Below are positions 42,301 through 56,433 of a DNA stretch of 64,000 nucleotides, piece after piece (position 1 is the first letter of the stretch; each line of letters begins with the position of its first letter). The notes beneath the pieces are model-generated. The model was not told the DNA's origin, searched no databases, and was given only the letters and a program-made list of their open reading frames with translations. The stretch lies in NCBI GenBank assembly GCA_030141605.1, contig JAQGDQ010000748.1, positions 38,674 through 102,673 of the forward strand, read 5' to 3'. A program made the position numbers and the translations under genes. Source of the stretch: Tubiluchus corallicola (taxonomy: Eukaryota; Animalia; Priapulida).

Positions 42301-45300
42301 TCGGGCTTCAGAGAAAGCATGTAGCCTTTTACGTACATCTCTATTTTTTTGACAGAGGCATACGTAAAAGGGTACATGCTTTTTCGGGTTTTCTGATAGA
42401 GACAGACATAAACCAACTATTGTAACGTATTTTGAAAGTTGATTCGAAGCTTTCTTAGCTACTTTTTTGCATATATCTTGTTTATTTTTTATAACCATAA
42501 AAAGAGAAGTTAAGTTTTTCCTCACTGTACATAACGAAAAATATGTATGGTCAAGAAAAGCATCGAAACTCCGAGGCAAATGTTTGTTTAACGTAACTGT
42601 AACACATCAATCAAATGAAACATTGAACAAACAAATTCTGACAAGAAAATGAAATAGCAAAACAATTTCTACAGCGCAAAAGTTGTGCATATTTTAAACT
42701 ATAAGTCATCTAGATTCTAGGCAATACCTAAAACGAATAAAATTTGGTTATTTATTGGTAACCTATGATGATGAATCTACATTAGATAATCTATAGTGAA
42801 ATTGCGAATGGTTAGACTTTTTGGTAATATGGCGCTGGTTTGACATTTTCTGCTAGTGACTAAATGTCGCTAATTGTCAATACAGCTTCAAGTCAACACA
42901 AGGCTGTGTCCTTTAGTCTCCTCTATAAGCTTGTTTTTTGCCTCTTATTTTGCAGTTGGGAAATAGCTAACATTTCCTGAATCTGTTTGTCAACAGGTTG
43001 TGACCAGCTTATAGAGCGCTATATGAAAGTTGGGCTATTGAGTAATGAGTATACACTACCGCCTGAGCTGAACCCGCCATTATAAGTGGCAAGTATTTCG
43101 GTACTTAAGCCGCATTTTTGCATAAAAGGCGCAATTCTGAAAGGTGATTCTCACATTCGATTATGTTTAAAGCTATTTAGTACGTATCCTTGGCTCAGGG
43201 GTTGTTAAGTTCAAAAACGTTAAGTGCAGGCTACATGCATTGATATTATTTTACAAGGAAATCCACTGATATGAATAAGTCCGCTATAATAAAAGTTACA
43301 TGACCTTCACTGGTTAAAAAACCTTTTTTGGAAAAACGTCTTATCTATATCGATCTGCTTGTTTTTTAAATCCTCATTTCACATGTTAATTCATATTTAT
43401 TAACAGACTATTATTAATAAGTTAAAATATGTGTTTGCTTATATAGTTGATTGCTGACCGTCATGGAGACTGCTTCGAGGCGATTTGGTATATTGCTTCG
43501 CATATATATATATATATATATGTTTATCTTGCTTAGGAACATTACGTTGCCAAGACCCTTCAGCTTCATTCTCTGTGAAGAAGATCATGTATGATAATGA
43601 GTTAGGTTATAAACAGCTGAAGTAATTAAATGGGTTCACGAGATGATTTATTGACAGATAACTCAATATCTGGACCATCTGTTGAATTATAAACAATCTA
43701 GTATGTTTTGTGGTGTTAGCATGCTGTAATGAGAAACATGTAAACTGTGAATCTTAAATGTAGAAAAGTCAATGAAGGAAGTTTTCGTCTTTCTTAAACA
43801 ATTTTTCTTTTTCAATTCAACATAGCTCCGCAGGGTATCAGAATAATAAACTGAAGATTTAACTTGGTAAAGCATCGCCATCTAAAAGAACCTGTCACTC
43901 TCTGGGACTGTTTTTATTTGTCAAACGTTAATTTAAGAACCCGAACAAAGCACCGCGTTGGATGGTTAGAAAAACCTTGAGAAACGGGAAGATAACCGCC
44001 CACTTTCAACAACAGTCGTAAATCTCGTAATGTGAAAATTTGGCGTAAATAATTAAACTAGTAAAATCTATTTACAGATTTCGTGCAGTTACTTCAGCTG
44101 AAACACTCATAAGTTGCGCTGGTACATAAAACATGAAATGAAGTATGAAGTCTAGTCTGTTACCACAAGCTTTTACATGATGTTAAGAGCGTGTAATGAC
44201 TAACGCCATCATTAATTATTATGGCCTGCGCGGACGACTTCGTCTGAAACTTGATTAATGCACTGCGTGCGCCATGCGGCATACGCTGCACGTCTTCCTG
44301 TTCATAGAAACTTATAAATTTTCTTTATCAAAATATTGAAATTTATGATTCAAGTGACTAGTAACTTTAATTTTATTAAAATTTCAGACGTCAGAAACAA
44401 TCCCGTTAACATGCCCTTATCGTAGAACTCGATCGAGTCTCCTTGTTAAACCTTGGTCAGACTGGTCATTGTCAGTGGTCAATGATCAGTATACAGGGCC
44501 TATTTCAAGGGGGGGAAGTGGGGATACTTCCCCGGGGCCTCACCCTCCAGGGGGGCCTCGCACCAAGGTAACATTTTTTTGCTTTATGCGAACATACTGC
44601 CTCCTCTCTCCCTCTCTCTCTCTCTTGCCGCATGCGCGCCGTTTGCCAGTATTGACAAGTATTAAGGACTGGTCTTGAGAATAAAGCAGTTTTTCTTTCA
44701 ATTGTTCTTTCCATTAACAACTGTATAACTCCATATTTTCTCTTCGAAAATGCTTCTCCGGCGTTCTAGCAGTTCAAAAATTTTCTGGGCGCCAACCACG
44801 GTAGCGCCCGCCCCCGGCGCTTCAATGTTTACTATGCTTGCTAATTAATAGATAAAACAATCGAGTGAACGACATGCCAGCATGCTAAGTTAGAGGCTGT
44901 GTTTAACATGACTGACTGATCTAAGTAACATTTCTTACGTTGAGATTTGGGAATCAAACATGAAGTCATAGCAGTTCCAGTACAATCATTTAGCCTGGGC
45001 ACCACTTTGCAGGCCTGATAATGCTATGTTTGATTATATCTACCATTACAATAATTTGACAATTTTGACAATATTTATTTATCATCTGAATTTTTACGCC
45101 TGTAATAAGTTTTAAAGGCGTCATGATAATAGTTTAATACTCATGATATATGTTGTGGTCTTGTATGTATGCACACGAGGAGGCATAACTCACTGAAAAG
45201 CTCCAAAATGCTTCAATTCTTTTAAAACATTTTTTTACAAAATGCTTTCACTTTTAGCCGTTATATTTTACAAACACTAATCTGAATATCAAGCCTATAC

Positions 45301-45497
45301 TCACCATCTTTCTCTTGTCTCATGGTGACACAGTATGAAAACCTGGGATCTTCCATTTGGACAGCATTCAGTCTGGTCATGTCAGTGAGGCAAGAATTGC
45401 GCTCTCCACCACCAGAACAAATCCAGCATTTTAATGAAAACGACAGCCGCATCAGATGAAGAAACGCAAGCGCTCCTATGTAAGGTGACACCTTCAT
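36330..45497 (-). CDS. Two-domain Ly6/uPAR (three-finger, quiver/sleepless-like) protein with signal peptide and GPI-type C-terminus; exons 45497-45305, 39584-39330, 38001-37879, 36619-36330
   Basis: All introns phase 1, GT-AG. Domain 1 LKCWIC...SCRSDLCN; Thr/Glu linker; domain 2 LFCHMC...TCRDNYCN; hydrophobic tail LLVSTMYLLITFFCGHVLL. Confidence 0.85.
40340..40881 (-). mobile_element. 5S rRNA-headed SINE (SINE3) with RTE-like 3' tail, in intron 1 of the Ly6 gene
   Basis: 40881-40762 is a full-length 5S-like sequence lacking an oligo-T terminator. It runs into a GC-rich body whose 3' part translates LLSHSRRC (RTE ORF2 C-terminal motif) and ends ...gagacagaaggatgcc caatcaatt. Confidence 0.75.
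40762..40881 (-). pseudogene. 5S rRNA-derived sequence (SINE head / 5S pseudogene)
   Basis: agctacggccaaatcacgttgaaaacaccggttctcgtctgatcaccgaagttaagcaacgtagagcttggttagtacttggatgggtgaccgcctaggaataccaggtgctgtaggctt, 120 nt, box A and box C recognisable. Confidence 0.9.
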
Positions 45498-46341
45498 ATC
45501 ACCGTTTTTTGTTTGGCTGTATGCGTGCCTCGCATCATATAGTAATCACAGAATTATGCGAAAATTTTTTCGTATTTTTGCGAAGGATCTGCTAGCTTAC
45601 TCACAAGCCCACGTACATCCTACTAGAGCCGTTACGTGTCCATAATATAATAATCCACTCTAGTCGCCACCATACTGGCTCATTGGTGCGTGATCCGACT
45701 GCACGCATGCAGAAATTAGCTCCCATTATGCTCTTCAGTCGCTGCTACAACGTATTTCTTTGGAATAAGTCAGATTTCGCCTCCATAAATTTGTAAAAAG
45801 TTGTCCAAGGTTAACCTGGTCAAACCGGCACATCCGCATGACCGCTAGAGGCGCTCAAGCGAGAGGAATTAATTACAGGGGCAGGTTTTCCTCCAAGTGA
45901 CCTTCTGGCGTCGTATGATATTTTTGCATCGAAATTATGTAGTTATAAGTGATTGAGCTTTCATTTAAAATTATAGCTATATTGCAAACAAGAACAAACC
46001 CTAATTGTCTGATTACCTACTTGTAGTTGTTATCGTTTATTTGAGAAATTAAAGCTATTTCTTGTTACTAAATTCCTGTATTGCAAAAATTAGCTGAATT
46101 AAAAGCCACTAGCTTAGTAAAGTAAGTTATGTTATTTCACGAATCTGCTTCAGTAATAATGCCTAATCACAGTGATTTTGGTAGCGGATGTTTAGGCAGT
46201 GGACAGTTGGATAGCAACTAGCAGCTGAACAGACACTCATGGGGAATGGCGAGTTAGGAATTAGGACATTTGGCTAAGGAACAGTTGGGCAGCTGTCACT
46301 GAACATCGCATTTTTTTTTCTAGGGAACACTGTACAGTTGC

Positions 46342-46669
46342 CAGGGCCGGATTATCTTATAGGCTAGTATCGGCTACAGCCTACAAGTTGTGGTAATATT
46401 TGGTAAAAAAATCTACTTTTTCACAAAGGTTTCACTCTAAGAACATATTTATTGACAAGCAAATGATAGCTATTCTAGTTTATTTTAAAAAAAACTTGCA
46501 ATAAGTTTACTTCAAGTTATAATGTAAAATAATGTCGCTAATTACATCACGTGTAAAAAATATTCAAGACGGATGCGAGCGAGTGTGAGATAATGGCTCC
46601 GTCTAAGGGCCGGGATCCCGCAATTGCATTAGCTTAGGGACCACAAAAGGTCATAATAATCCGGCCTTG
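46342..46669. mobile_element. hAT-type MITE
   Basis: TIR cagggccggattat / ataatccggccttg; 8-bp TSD acagttgc / acagttgt (7 of 8). Confidence 0.85.
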
Positions 46670-49600
46670 ACAGTTGTTCTTATCTGCTTATGTACCTACA
46701 TACATGGATGCATACGTACACGTGCAAACTTGTGAAAAAAACTTGTTAAAGAATTTAAGTATTTTGAAACTTTTGTAAAATGAATCGTGTCCCTCGCGCC
46801 CACACAAGCTAGAGCATATTCAGTCTTGTTAGAGTAGACGTTTTCTTTACACTTGTAACTAAAGGTTGAATATTTTTTTAAACAAGAGTAACTTATTTTG
46901 CGAATATCCGTGCTGACTGTTACTGCAGAAAAAAATGGTAATGTGTTTCAAAATTTCACAAAGGTGAAGAAACCTTGCAATTTTTAATGAATGCTTTCCT
47001 CACATGGCTGTTTTGTCCTGATTGTTTCTTAAATTATACATGTGTAAATATATTTGAAGTTAGGTTAAAATATTGAAATATATCTGTTTTTATATATAAA
47101 TATTAATAATACATATAATAATATAATATATATGTATTTTCTCTGCAATTCGCCAGTTTATTTTTCTTATTACTGGACTGTTAAGATAACTAGTGCAGAA
47201 GACGAAGATGTGCTCGCTTTTTGAGTTTTATTTCAGTCCAACTGCTTGGATATGTCACTTAGAAGGCCAACTATCGTTGCTATGGAATATGTTTTTTAAT
47301 TTATAACAGGGAATAATTCTATTGTGACTTATTACATAAAGAACGACACTGGCAACAGGGCCAAACGGACCAATTTATAGAGTTACTTCGAGAGCGAGCA
47401 ACAAAAAAACCATGGCTTTACTATCACTTTTAATTTTAGAGAACAGGGAGAAACATACAAGACATCAAATCAACTGAACTCTGTGTAAATTGTAAGTATG
47501 CAATCTTTTAGCAGCATATGTGCAAATAATTGTTAACAGATCTTGCAAATACTTTCAGGGTACAAGGTACAAATCAAGATTTCGTGTAAACTGACTTAAA
47601 TGTCAAATGACCATCTACAGGTTAAATACGCACTGACTGTATGTTTAATAACGTCATTCGCTTTAATAAACGATAAACCTTATTCTGTATACTTGCACGA
47701 CCTATATGGGCAACATACCACACTTTTGTAATCGATTTTCAACTTATTATTTAAATACAGTTATAGCTGCTGGCATATTGACTCTTGTGCAGGTGACACG
47801 TGTATTATTCCTCTGAATACTGTTATTCAGTGTAACTAGGTATAATAATAACACGCATAACAAAAATAATAATTTATAATCACCTCACATAATGCGGTTT
47901 GCATAGACCTAATTATTTAAGCCTTAAATAGGCGTGTCGTCCCTGCAAAAGTTAATTCTTTGTCTGTTAACAGTTGTTTTCTGTTCATTAGTATATAGGA
48001 ATGTTAAGTGCAAACATTGCAAAATTTGTTATACCTAAAATTAACAACCTAGTCTGAGCAGACATTTTTGTAATTTCTGATTGGTCCATTCTGTTTACCT
48101 GTAATCACGACCTTAAAACATTTGTAGAGAACCCTGGGCATTGCATAAATGCAATTATAAAGACCTAGTAGCTTAACAGACACTAGAATTGAGAAAAATT
48201 ATGTACTCAAATAATCAATTATAGCATTAGGTGTGTTACTGACATAACTTATTTGTGTTGATTACAACTTCAAAAATGTTTAGTTCTGTAACAAGGACAT
48301 TGTAGTTGCATTACCCAGTCAACAGACTGTTATGAAAAATACACCGAGAGAAGTCAACAAAAACAGGAAAACAAATATGCATTTTTTACTTATGCATTAC
48401 TTTCTTAACCATATAGTATTTGCACAATTTATGTGTTGACAACTTTAAGTAAATCTCTAAATTTCTTGGCTGTCACTAAAAACTCAAGACTGTAAAAGAA
48501 TTAATAGTGTACAAAATGCAATGTCTAGTTTCTACTTTAAAAATCAACATAAAATTTAAAAACTTAAGAAAAGACTACACATCCTCTTAAAATTTTAAAT
48601 TGCTATTTCTAATGCATCCGCACTCTATAAATGAAAACAGTGGATATCTCAAAGGAAGGAAGCTAAAACTTCTTTAGCACTCTAAAGTTACATAGTTGTG
48701 ATAAAAAAAAAGTTTTCATAGAAAAATACATATTTAGTAATGCAGAAAATCTCAAATTTGGTTTCAGTTACTAAAGAAAATTATCACATGCATTTTATTT
48801 AATACCTACAAGACAAGATTTGATTCATGAACAAGAAATGCCAGACCTATCACTACTTACATTACTTATATAAAATAAAGGCCTAATAAAGCACAATACA
48901 GTTATATTTATAATATAATCCCACACAAATAATTGCACACAAGTACAAAAACATTAAAGGACATGTTAGGTTTACTTTACTGTTATCATTTAAACACAGA
49001 AAGAATATATGTAACAAATTTGCAAAAAACTGTTTATAAAACATACAGTTAGTTAAGCACTGTTATCGCTGCATAGCAATTTTCAGACTCGGTGGTAGCC
49101 GCGACTACCTTGAAAATTATGACATAACTGTTAGACTTCGTGTAAGCATATTATGGCTTTTTGTAAGAGCGCACTGCTAAAACTAATTCAGACTTCTACA
49201 GCTTACCTTATATTTATGCAAAAATAACCAAAAATTATTTACTTAATTTTGTGTAAAAATTTTTGACAGAAATTGCCAGTACTCCGCTTTTCTTCAGTCG
49301 ATGACTGACGTAATTGGTGGAAGAATGGGTGCTCAAAACGGGAATGCAAAAGCATGAATAATCTTGACTTTAGTGATTTCACTAATTACACGAGCCACTT
49401 ATCACAATAAACTCATCTAACATTTTTTGTGAATAATGAAGTAAGAATAACTTCCCAGAAGGGTTTTCTTTTAATCAATTACATATTTTTACATACATAC
49501 AACGCTTAATGGATTCAGACGTTTTAAAATAAAAATTAGTTCAAGTTCTTCAAAAAAGTACAACCTTAACTTCACCAAAATTATATTAGACCTTATTAAT

Positions 49601-49689
49601 TTCGCCAGAATTGTTACCTACCTACAAAATAATGACACTTAATTTTTGTTACATTTAGAATCACAATCACAAAAAAATTCACAGACGCA

Positions 49690-49721
<32 letters not shown>

Positions 49722-50021
49722 CACACACATAGGCCTACTGTATTTTACTTACAGCAATCTTATGAAATGACATCTAATTCAAATCTAATATTATTAGAGA
49801 CATTTGTTACATATATACACACATATATAATTATAATTATCTACGTTATTAAGGACGTTATCGGTATGTTGAAATTTATCTTGCAGCATTTATAAAGTAA
49901 TACTACAGACTGAAGGTTTAGAAAATTATATCCTTAGTATTCATAATTAGAATTCTGAGCAATGACTTATTTTCATACTATATTACTTTGTAATTAATTT
50001 TTGTACCCTGTGTAATAAAAT

Positions 50022-51290
50022 TTAAATAGTAGCTTCTTTTAATATTTGTGATAAGTCCCGACCCGTAATGGCTTGAACAGCAGGTGGTAACTGACTTAAT
50101 AACCTTGTGACTTCTGATGTCGTTCTGTCTGAACCTCCAATTAGTACAACTTCTTCAGTCTTGCTAAGTGGCGAAGCTACTTCTGCAGCGATTTTCGGTA
50201 ATGCTTCTAGTATCAAACTAGTCACGGCAGCATCATCATACTGCTTGTAAGCTGCAGCTTTCAACCTCATCATTTCTGCTTCTGCTTTTCCAATAGCCTC
50301 AATGGATGATGCCTCAGCACTACCTACCAATTTGATTTCTTCTGCCTTAGCTTTTGCAGCTTCTACAGTTTCAGTGCGTTTGCCCTGTGCTATAGTTTCA
50401 ACCTTGTAAGCTTCAGCTTCAGCAGGTCGCCTTACTGTGGCAATAAGTTCTCTTTCTTTTCTTTGAATTTCTTTTTCTTCCACAGCTATCTGCTTTTTGC
50501 GTTCCACTACATCGATTTCAATTTCCTCATTGCGGATTTTCTGATTGACTTTAGCAGCTTCTAGCTCATATGCTAATTGTGCTTCAGCCTTTTTAGTATT
50601 AACTTCAATGTCAAACTCGGCTTTTTTCATTTCATATTCTCTTAAATGATCTGCTATATGGGTATCAGCTTGAAACTTCACATCCATTTTAGCTTTTTCA
50701 CAGTCCGCCTCCTTAATCCCAGCATCTCTATTTGCTTCAGCCACACCAATGTCCGCATCTCTCTTGACATTCGCAGTTTGTGCACGACCAAGGGAAGCTA
50801 AATAATCCACGTTGTCGAAGACATCTTTTATTGTGAAACTCAGTATTTCTATTCCCATTCTACCAACATCAGGCGCTGCTACTGTTCTGACATTGTTAGC
50901 AAACTCATCTCTATCCTGGTATATTTGTTCAACAGTTAGTGTTCCCAAAATGGCTCGCAAATGGCCCTCCATCGTTTGTAAAATTACATTCTGTATATGA
51001 TCCACACTTTGGCCCAGAAACTGTTCCAATGCTGTGATTAATAATGATTCATCGGTCATTACTTTTACCTGCGCTACCCCAGAAACGGTTAACGGAACAC
51101 CCTCTTTCGTTTCAACATTTTCGCAAACTGGATTAAGGGTCATCACTTCTAATGACAATCGCTGCACATCAGTAACAAGCCACCAGGCCCATGCCCAACT
51201 TCCGATTGCTATGGTACGACCCGACGCGCCGCAACAACCTCCCGAAACTACCAGTGCTTCATTTGGTCCAACTGTGTGACAATTGCCCAT
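50022..51290 (-). CDS. FLOT2: Flotillin-2 (reggie-1), 422 aa, single coding exon
   Basis: MGNCHTVGPNEALVVSGGCCG...GSWAWAWWLVTDVQRLSLEVMTL N-terminus is diagnostic of flotillin-2; SPFH domain plus EA-rich coiled coil; ATG at 51290. Confidence 0.96.
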   Translation of the reverse strand: MGNCHTVGPNEALVVSGGCCGASGRTIAIGSWAWAWWLVTDVQRLSLEVMTLNPVCENVETKEGVPLTVSGVAQVKVMTDESLLITALEQFLGQSVDHIQNVILQTMEGHLRAILGTLTVEQIYQDRDEFANNVRTVAAPDVGRMGIEILSFTIKDVFDNVDYLASLGRAQTANVKRDADIGVAEANRDAGIKEADCEKAKMDVKFQADTHIADHLREYEMKKAEFDIEVNTKKAEAQLAYELEAAKVNQKIRNEEIEIDVVERKKQIAVEEKEIQRKERELIATVRRPAEAEAYKVETIAQGKRTETVEAAKAKAEEIKLVGSAEASSIEAIGKAEAEMMRLKAAAYKQYDDAAVTSLILEALPKIAAEVASPLSKTEEVVLIGGSDRTTSEVTRLLSQLPPAVQAITGRDLSQILKEATI

Positions 51291-51559
51291 CTTGGAAAGT
51301 TTCAAGTGTAAAATTATTGTAAAGCTTTACTCGGTGCACAAAATGTTTAGATTAAGTGATATAATCTCGAATGCCAAAACAACTTTTTAACTTCTGCAAT
51401 TAAACCGCGAACGCACAACAAAAACCACTAAACCAGCCATTACGGGCGCCTACTATTTTACTGTTTGTCGTGGAAATAAGCTCAGTACGGTGGCGTCACC
51501 TCCTGGCAAGAAAATTATTATCGCAATTACAATATAGCGTGTAAACCTGAATCAGGCAG

Positions 51560-52150
51560 ATAGCCGCTGCTAATTAAAGCATCAACAACTCTTCAAAAAT
51601 ATCTTGAATGGCACATGTCAAGTCTCATGAAGAAGTGAAACAGCTTTATACAAAATGGGCAAATTTTCCATAATTTCAAACGTATGCTGCAGATGAAATT
51701 GATAAAATGCCTGAATCGCATATTAAAAGAATTCAGCAATGAACTCAAATCAAGGTACAGAAAACTATTTTCCACAGAGCTACATAATGATACTAGACAA
51801 AATGATAGCAAAAACAAACTAAGATTTTATAGATATGTAAAAATCAATTATGATATAGAAGATTATTTAAAAATTATTTCTAATAAGAAATAGAGACAAA
51901 AGTTACAAAATTATGTATCATTGACCATGACCTGGAAGTAGAACGCGGTAATTATAAAAATAAAAAGAGAATGAAAGGCTTTGTTAATACTGTCACAACA
52001 ACAGCTCAAAATTAGTAGAAAACGAATTACATTACCCTTTTACCTGTCTTAAGTACGAAGATATTGGACAAAAATATGAGAATAAAATGTATAATCTATC
52101 TTTTCGAAAAAGTAATGTATACTCAGTATACTCACTAAATGCAAACTCAG
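51560..52150 (+). mobile_element. LINE ORF2 3' remnant with degenerate Zn-finger
   Basis: KLRFYRYVKINYDIEDYLKIISNKK*RQ, then HDLEVERG and VENELH motifs in broken frames. Confidence 0.7.
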
Positions 52151-53819
52151 AAGACTTTTCCACTTTGGAAACTAATTAAATGAATGCGATAAAAAAGGCA
52201 GTTATGGTGGTAATCTGTGAGTGCTGGATAAACCTTGCGCTCTGATCGTGCAATGTTATTCTCGTTTGTGATTATTCTAATTAGGTTTTTGTGTTTTTAT
52301 TAGTTCTTTGCAGTTGTAACATGAAATATGATTTCATAAGCGCACGTAATTTCTTATTAGATATAACTAGACTATTTACCTAAATAACATGCACAAACTC
52401 GTGTTTTTGCAACATTGTGTAATTGTATTTTGTATTAATTTTGTTCTTGTACTTTGTTTTTTGTAATTGTATATTTTGCCATGGTACATTATTGTATTTG
52501 TGCAGTAAAACTCCTACTAAAAAATAAATAAATAATAAAAATTATAGGTAGGCGGCACCATGGGTGGCACCTTATGGCGGCACCATCACTAGACGCAAAC
52601 AATAAATTAAAATACAGTGCCAACTCGAAAAAAGTCCTGAGTCGGGAATTGTTTTAGCCTACCCCATGATCAAAAAATGCCGTGATTTCAGGCACTTCAT
52701 TTGGCAGCATGGAGAAATTTCGAAGTTTCCTTTTTTGATCATTTTGCCGGTCCCCGAAAAATTTGTGTTACAAAAATCCGGGAGGGGGGACTTCACCCTA
52801 GCTCGTACGCCTATGAACAGAGATCGCCGCAAAAACTTCCGATTATATTAATGGAATTATATGTACTTACTTAATACACGCACATTAAGAAACATTACTC
52901 TTCATGGTGTGTATGGAATGCATATAAGCGTACGGAAGGTAGCCTCACAAGAGGGGCAGAAGGAATTTGTCCTGAAATTTTTCAAACTAGCCGACGTCAT
53001 TTCCAAATACGTGCAAACAGCCGGGTATACATATAATTATAGATATAGACTGACAAAAGTGTCAAAAAAACCAAGCATTTGTAGGCCTATTCAATGCCGG
53101 ATTTAGATAAAAAAGGCACTAGCCTAGTCAGCTTGTAATGCCCATTCCCAACCCCCCCCCCCCGCCAACGTGCGTCGCCTAACCCGGACTCTCATGACAA
53201 GAAAAGTTGGAAGTGTTTTTTTTAAACAAAATTTAAGCCGAAGGAAATGACCGGTGTTTAATGGGCTAACGCAATTTACAATTCATTGGGACTAATCGGA
53301 ATTCCTATTCTAAATGATACATAGAGCAGCATTGTTAAATGCTGCAGTGAACGTAAACAGGTGTAAATCTAATATTATAATAAAGAGTGAGAAAAACTTT
53401 TTGCAAACCTGAACTTGACGAATAATTATTTTCATTTTTCAAGCAGAAATTAGTAGAAATTTTTAGAAAAATGAAATTGTAAGTTTACTTTTGCCCATGA
53501 AAGTATTCGTTAAAGCTCCATTTGACCCAAAAATTAATAAGCTCTAAGTTTGATAGAGTATTAACAATACTCTCTCAGTTTAATAAGTATCAACTTCCCA
53601 GATTACTCTGCAGCGGAGACAAACATACAGACAGAACCAACAATTCTGTAGTTGCCAAGTTCGTTGGAGCAACTATAACAATAAAACGATATTTCGAGAT
53701 TGTGCATGATGAGATAAAACAATATTATACGCAAACAAAAAAGACGCCTGCATTTTGCAAAATTTTTCCTGTGAAAGCGCTTTTTAGGACAGTATTTAGT
53801 ACTGCATTATTATACAGTA

Positions 53820-54558
53820 CACGGTGTAGGGCGCCGAGTAATCCACTAGCCGAAGTAGGACACTTCCGGTAAAACGCATGTGTTAAATTTGCGGAAAATC
53901 AGTGTCGTACATGGGCAGCCCAAGTAAGACACTGGCGATTTCTGTCGAGAATCGAGATTTATGACACAATAAAACATAAAATTAAATTTGTTTTAGAAAA
54001 AAGTAACTTTATAATAACGATGGATAGTCCTTGACAATTTACAAATGTATTTTTTACAACAATGTCGTCATCATTATTAGCTCCATTAATATCATCATAA
54101 CATTAAACTAAGTATATAATGCTTTAAAGAGAAAAACTATGTAGGGCACATAACTCGATAACCCGTTTACTTAGTAGAAAACAATTATTTGTCCAAGAGG
54201 GAGTGAAAAGGATCACCTGTCTGTGAAGCAAGACAAAATAAAAAATGATATACCTTAGGAAAATGTTGAATCGCCTAAAAAGTGCGCTTATTTCACTTCA
54301 AAGAAGATTAATATTGGCAAATATTAATTCTTCTAGCTCAGAATAAAATTCTTTTATTTTATCAGATCTATAATAAATTATTCAACATGTATTGACGTTT
54401 TTTTATTTATTATTATTACATAAATCAAGGACAACGGACGGTGCCAGTACGCTTAAAACGACTCGATTCGCGACTGTCTCTATTGTCCTACTTGGGCAGC
54501 CCACGTACGCCAATTGTCCTACTTAGGCTGGTGGTTTACTCGGCGCCTAACGCACGGT
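53820..54558. mobile_element. MITE with long imperfect TIRs
   Basis: ggcgccgagtaatccactagccgaagtaggaca vs tgtcctacttaggctggtggtttactcggcgcc; inner pair gtacatgggcagcccaagtaagaca / tgtcctacttgggcagcccacgtac. Confidence 0.8.
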
Positions 54559-55659
54559 ACAGAATAATCTGCACTGTAGTCTGTGTGTATTTGTGAATGT
54601 AGTGATTAAACGATCTGTTCCTAAGTAACTTAGTATTGTCTTATTTAACTCAGATAGGGCTATCCCAAAATCATATATTATAGCATTAAGTGTAATAATA
54701 GCAATCGGTTTAGTACCTGAAGTTTGCTTGCACTTTGTAAGTTCTTGTTCTTTTTTGTTGTTTACTGCATTTTGAAATACATTAAAGTGTGCTAGGTTCA
54801 GCACTGGTAAAATTAAAAGAAATTGTTTTTTCAGGACACATTAAGAGTTAAATAACCATAATAGAATAGCTTCGATTTGCCAATTCAAAATCTTGGTATT
54901 TTCGATATAATTGTTATATTCAATTTATGATCTGGGACTTCCAGGCTCCAATAAGTAGAGCAACTTGTATATTATTTATTTCATGTTAAAATATTCAACT
55001 TTTACCAGCAATGAACATTTTTTGGTAGTGAGTGCAGGTTTATTAAATTTTGAATTATGCTGTTCAGTTACTGAGATCATTTGATTGTGATCCATACTGT
55101 TATTAGTTTTGTACCTCCAACTTTTTAAGCTAGGATTTTTGCATCAGAGTTTTGATTACTTTTATGTTGTAGTAGAGGGTTTGTGTACCCTAACCTAAAT
55201 GCCGATTTCCAATTTAGATTGGAATTGTCGATTTTACTAGAAGCATTTTTTTGTTTAGTTGCCTTATTCATCAAAATTGTTTTACTCTTGCATTATATAG
55301 GTGCTTTTTTCTTTCTCAGAAATCCAGTACTTTTTGCAATAACTGCACTTGTTTGAAGAACATCAATAGATACTGTCTGTCACTACAATTAATTACATGC
55401 GTTTCTAATACAGCCCCTCTCTTGAACCTTATATGGGGCAATTTGTGTAAAAAGTATTCAAGTGTGTAGGTAGAGAGGCTCTGGTGCATTACTTTGTTTA
55501 GTGCGTACAAAGCAATTAAGGTTGCTCTGAATAGTTCAATTGGCAACATAAACAAGGTTGATTTTGAAACTATTTACTTAATGTAACTAAATAAGTAACT
55601 ATATGAAATGTAATGTATGTAGATGAATCTGTGATGTAACATCTTTCAGCATAAAACTA

Positions 55660-56073
55660 ATAAGCCTTTCACAGTTTTGCTATGTGTATGCGCAGTTGCT
55701 GTAGGTCAAAGATTAAGTGAACCACAGCAACACGTCTTAACTACAACTGCCAGTGCTTAATGTGGGTAAAGCAAAGCCGTACGCCGCATCAGTTCAGTAA
55801 CTTTAGTTGGCGGTGCCATTTCCTTGTTGTTTCATGTGGACTTTACTTAACTATGCATTAGTCTGTGTGATGTAAAGTGATTTACTACCAGGATCTTGCT
55901 AGGGAACAAGAAAAATTAACTAGTTAAGGTTCTAGCTAGCTATTAAAACTGTTACTATTACAGTAGCATTTGCTGCGAGGAGTTCTCAAGTATGAACAAA
56001 TGCATTGTCTGGTTCACTTAACCTTTGGCCTTTTCATGCTTATCATCAATCGCTGGAACTGTGAAAAGGCTTA
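55660..56073. mobile_element. Degenerate inverted-repeat element
   Basis: ataagcctttcacagtt...ggtcaaagattaagtgaacca vs tggttcacttaacctttggcc...aactgtgaaaaggcttat. Confidence 0.6.
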
Positions 56074-56433
56074 TTGTGGTCTATGTAGTTTAGTTATTAA
56101 CTTAACTAATGACCTTTAAATTTATGATACATGTATATTTAGCCATATTAACATTGCGTTGAAAGTATATTTAATTGCATTATCAATGAAGATATAGTGT
56201 TGTGATGGCTTTGCCACTATAAATAAGCTGAGCTGTTAATGAGTGGGGCCAGTTTCTCATTACAAGATACGTTCTCTAGCACTATATAAAGCATGTGTTC
56301 TGTGAGGCTGTGAGCAGTTACAATGTAGTTTTATCGTGTTACCAATTTGTTTGCCCAACATCTTTTTAATTTATCGTCCCATTTAAAAGCACTAGCTGAT
56401 TGATCAACATTGGTTAAATTGTAGGAGCAAGTG

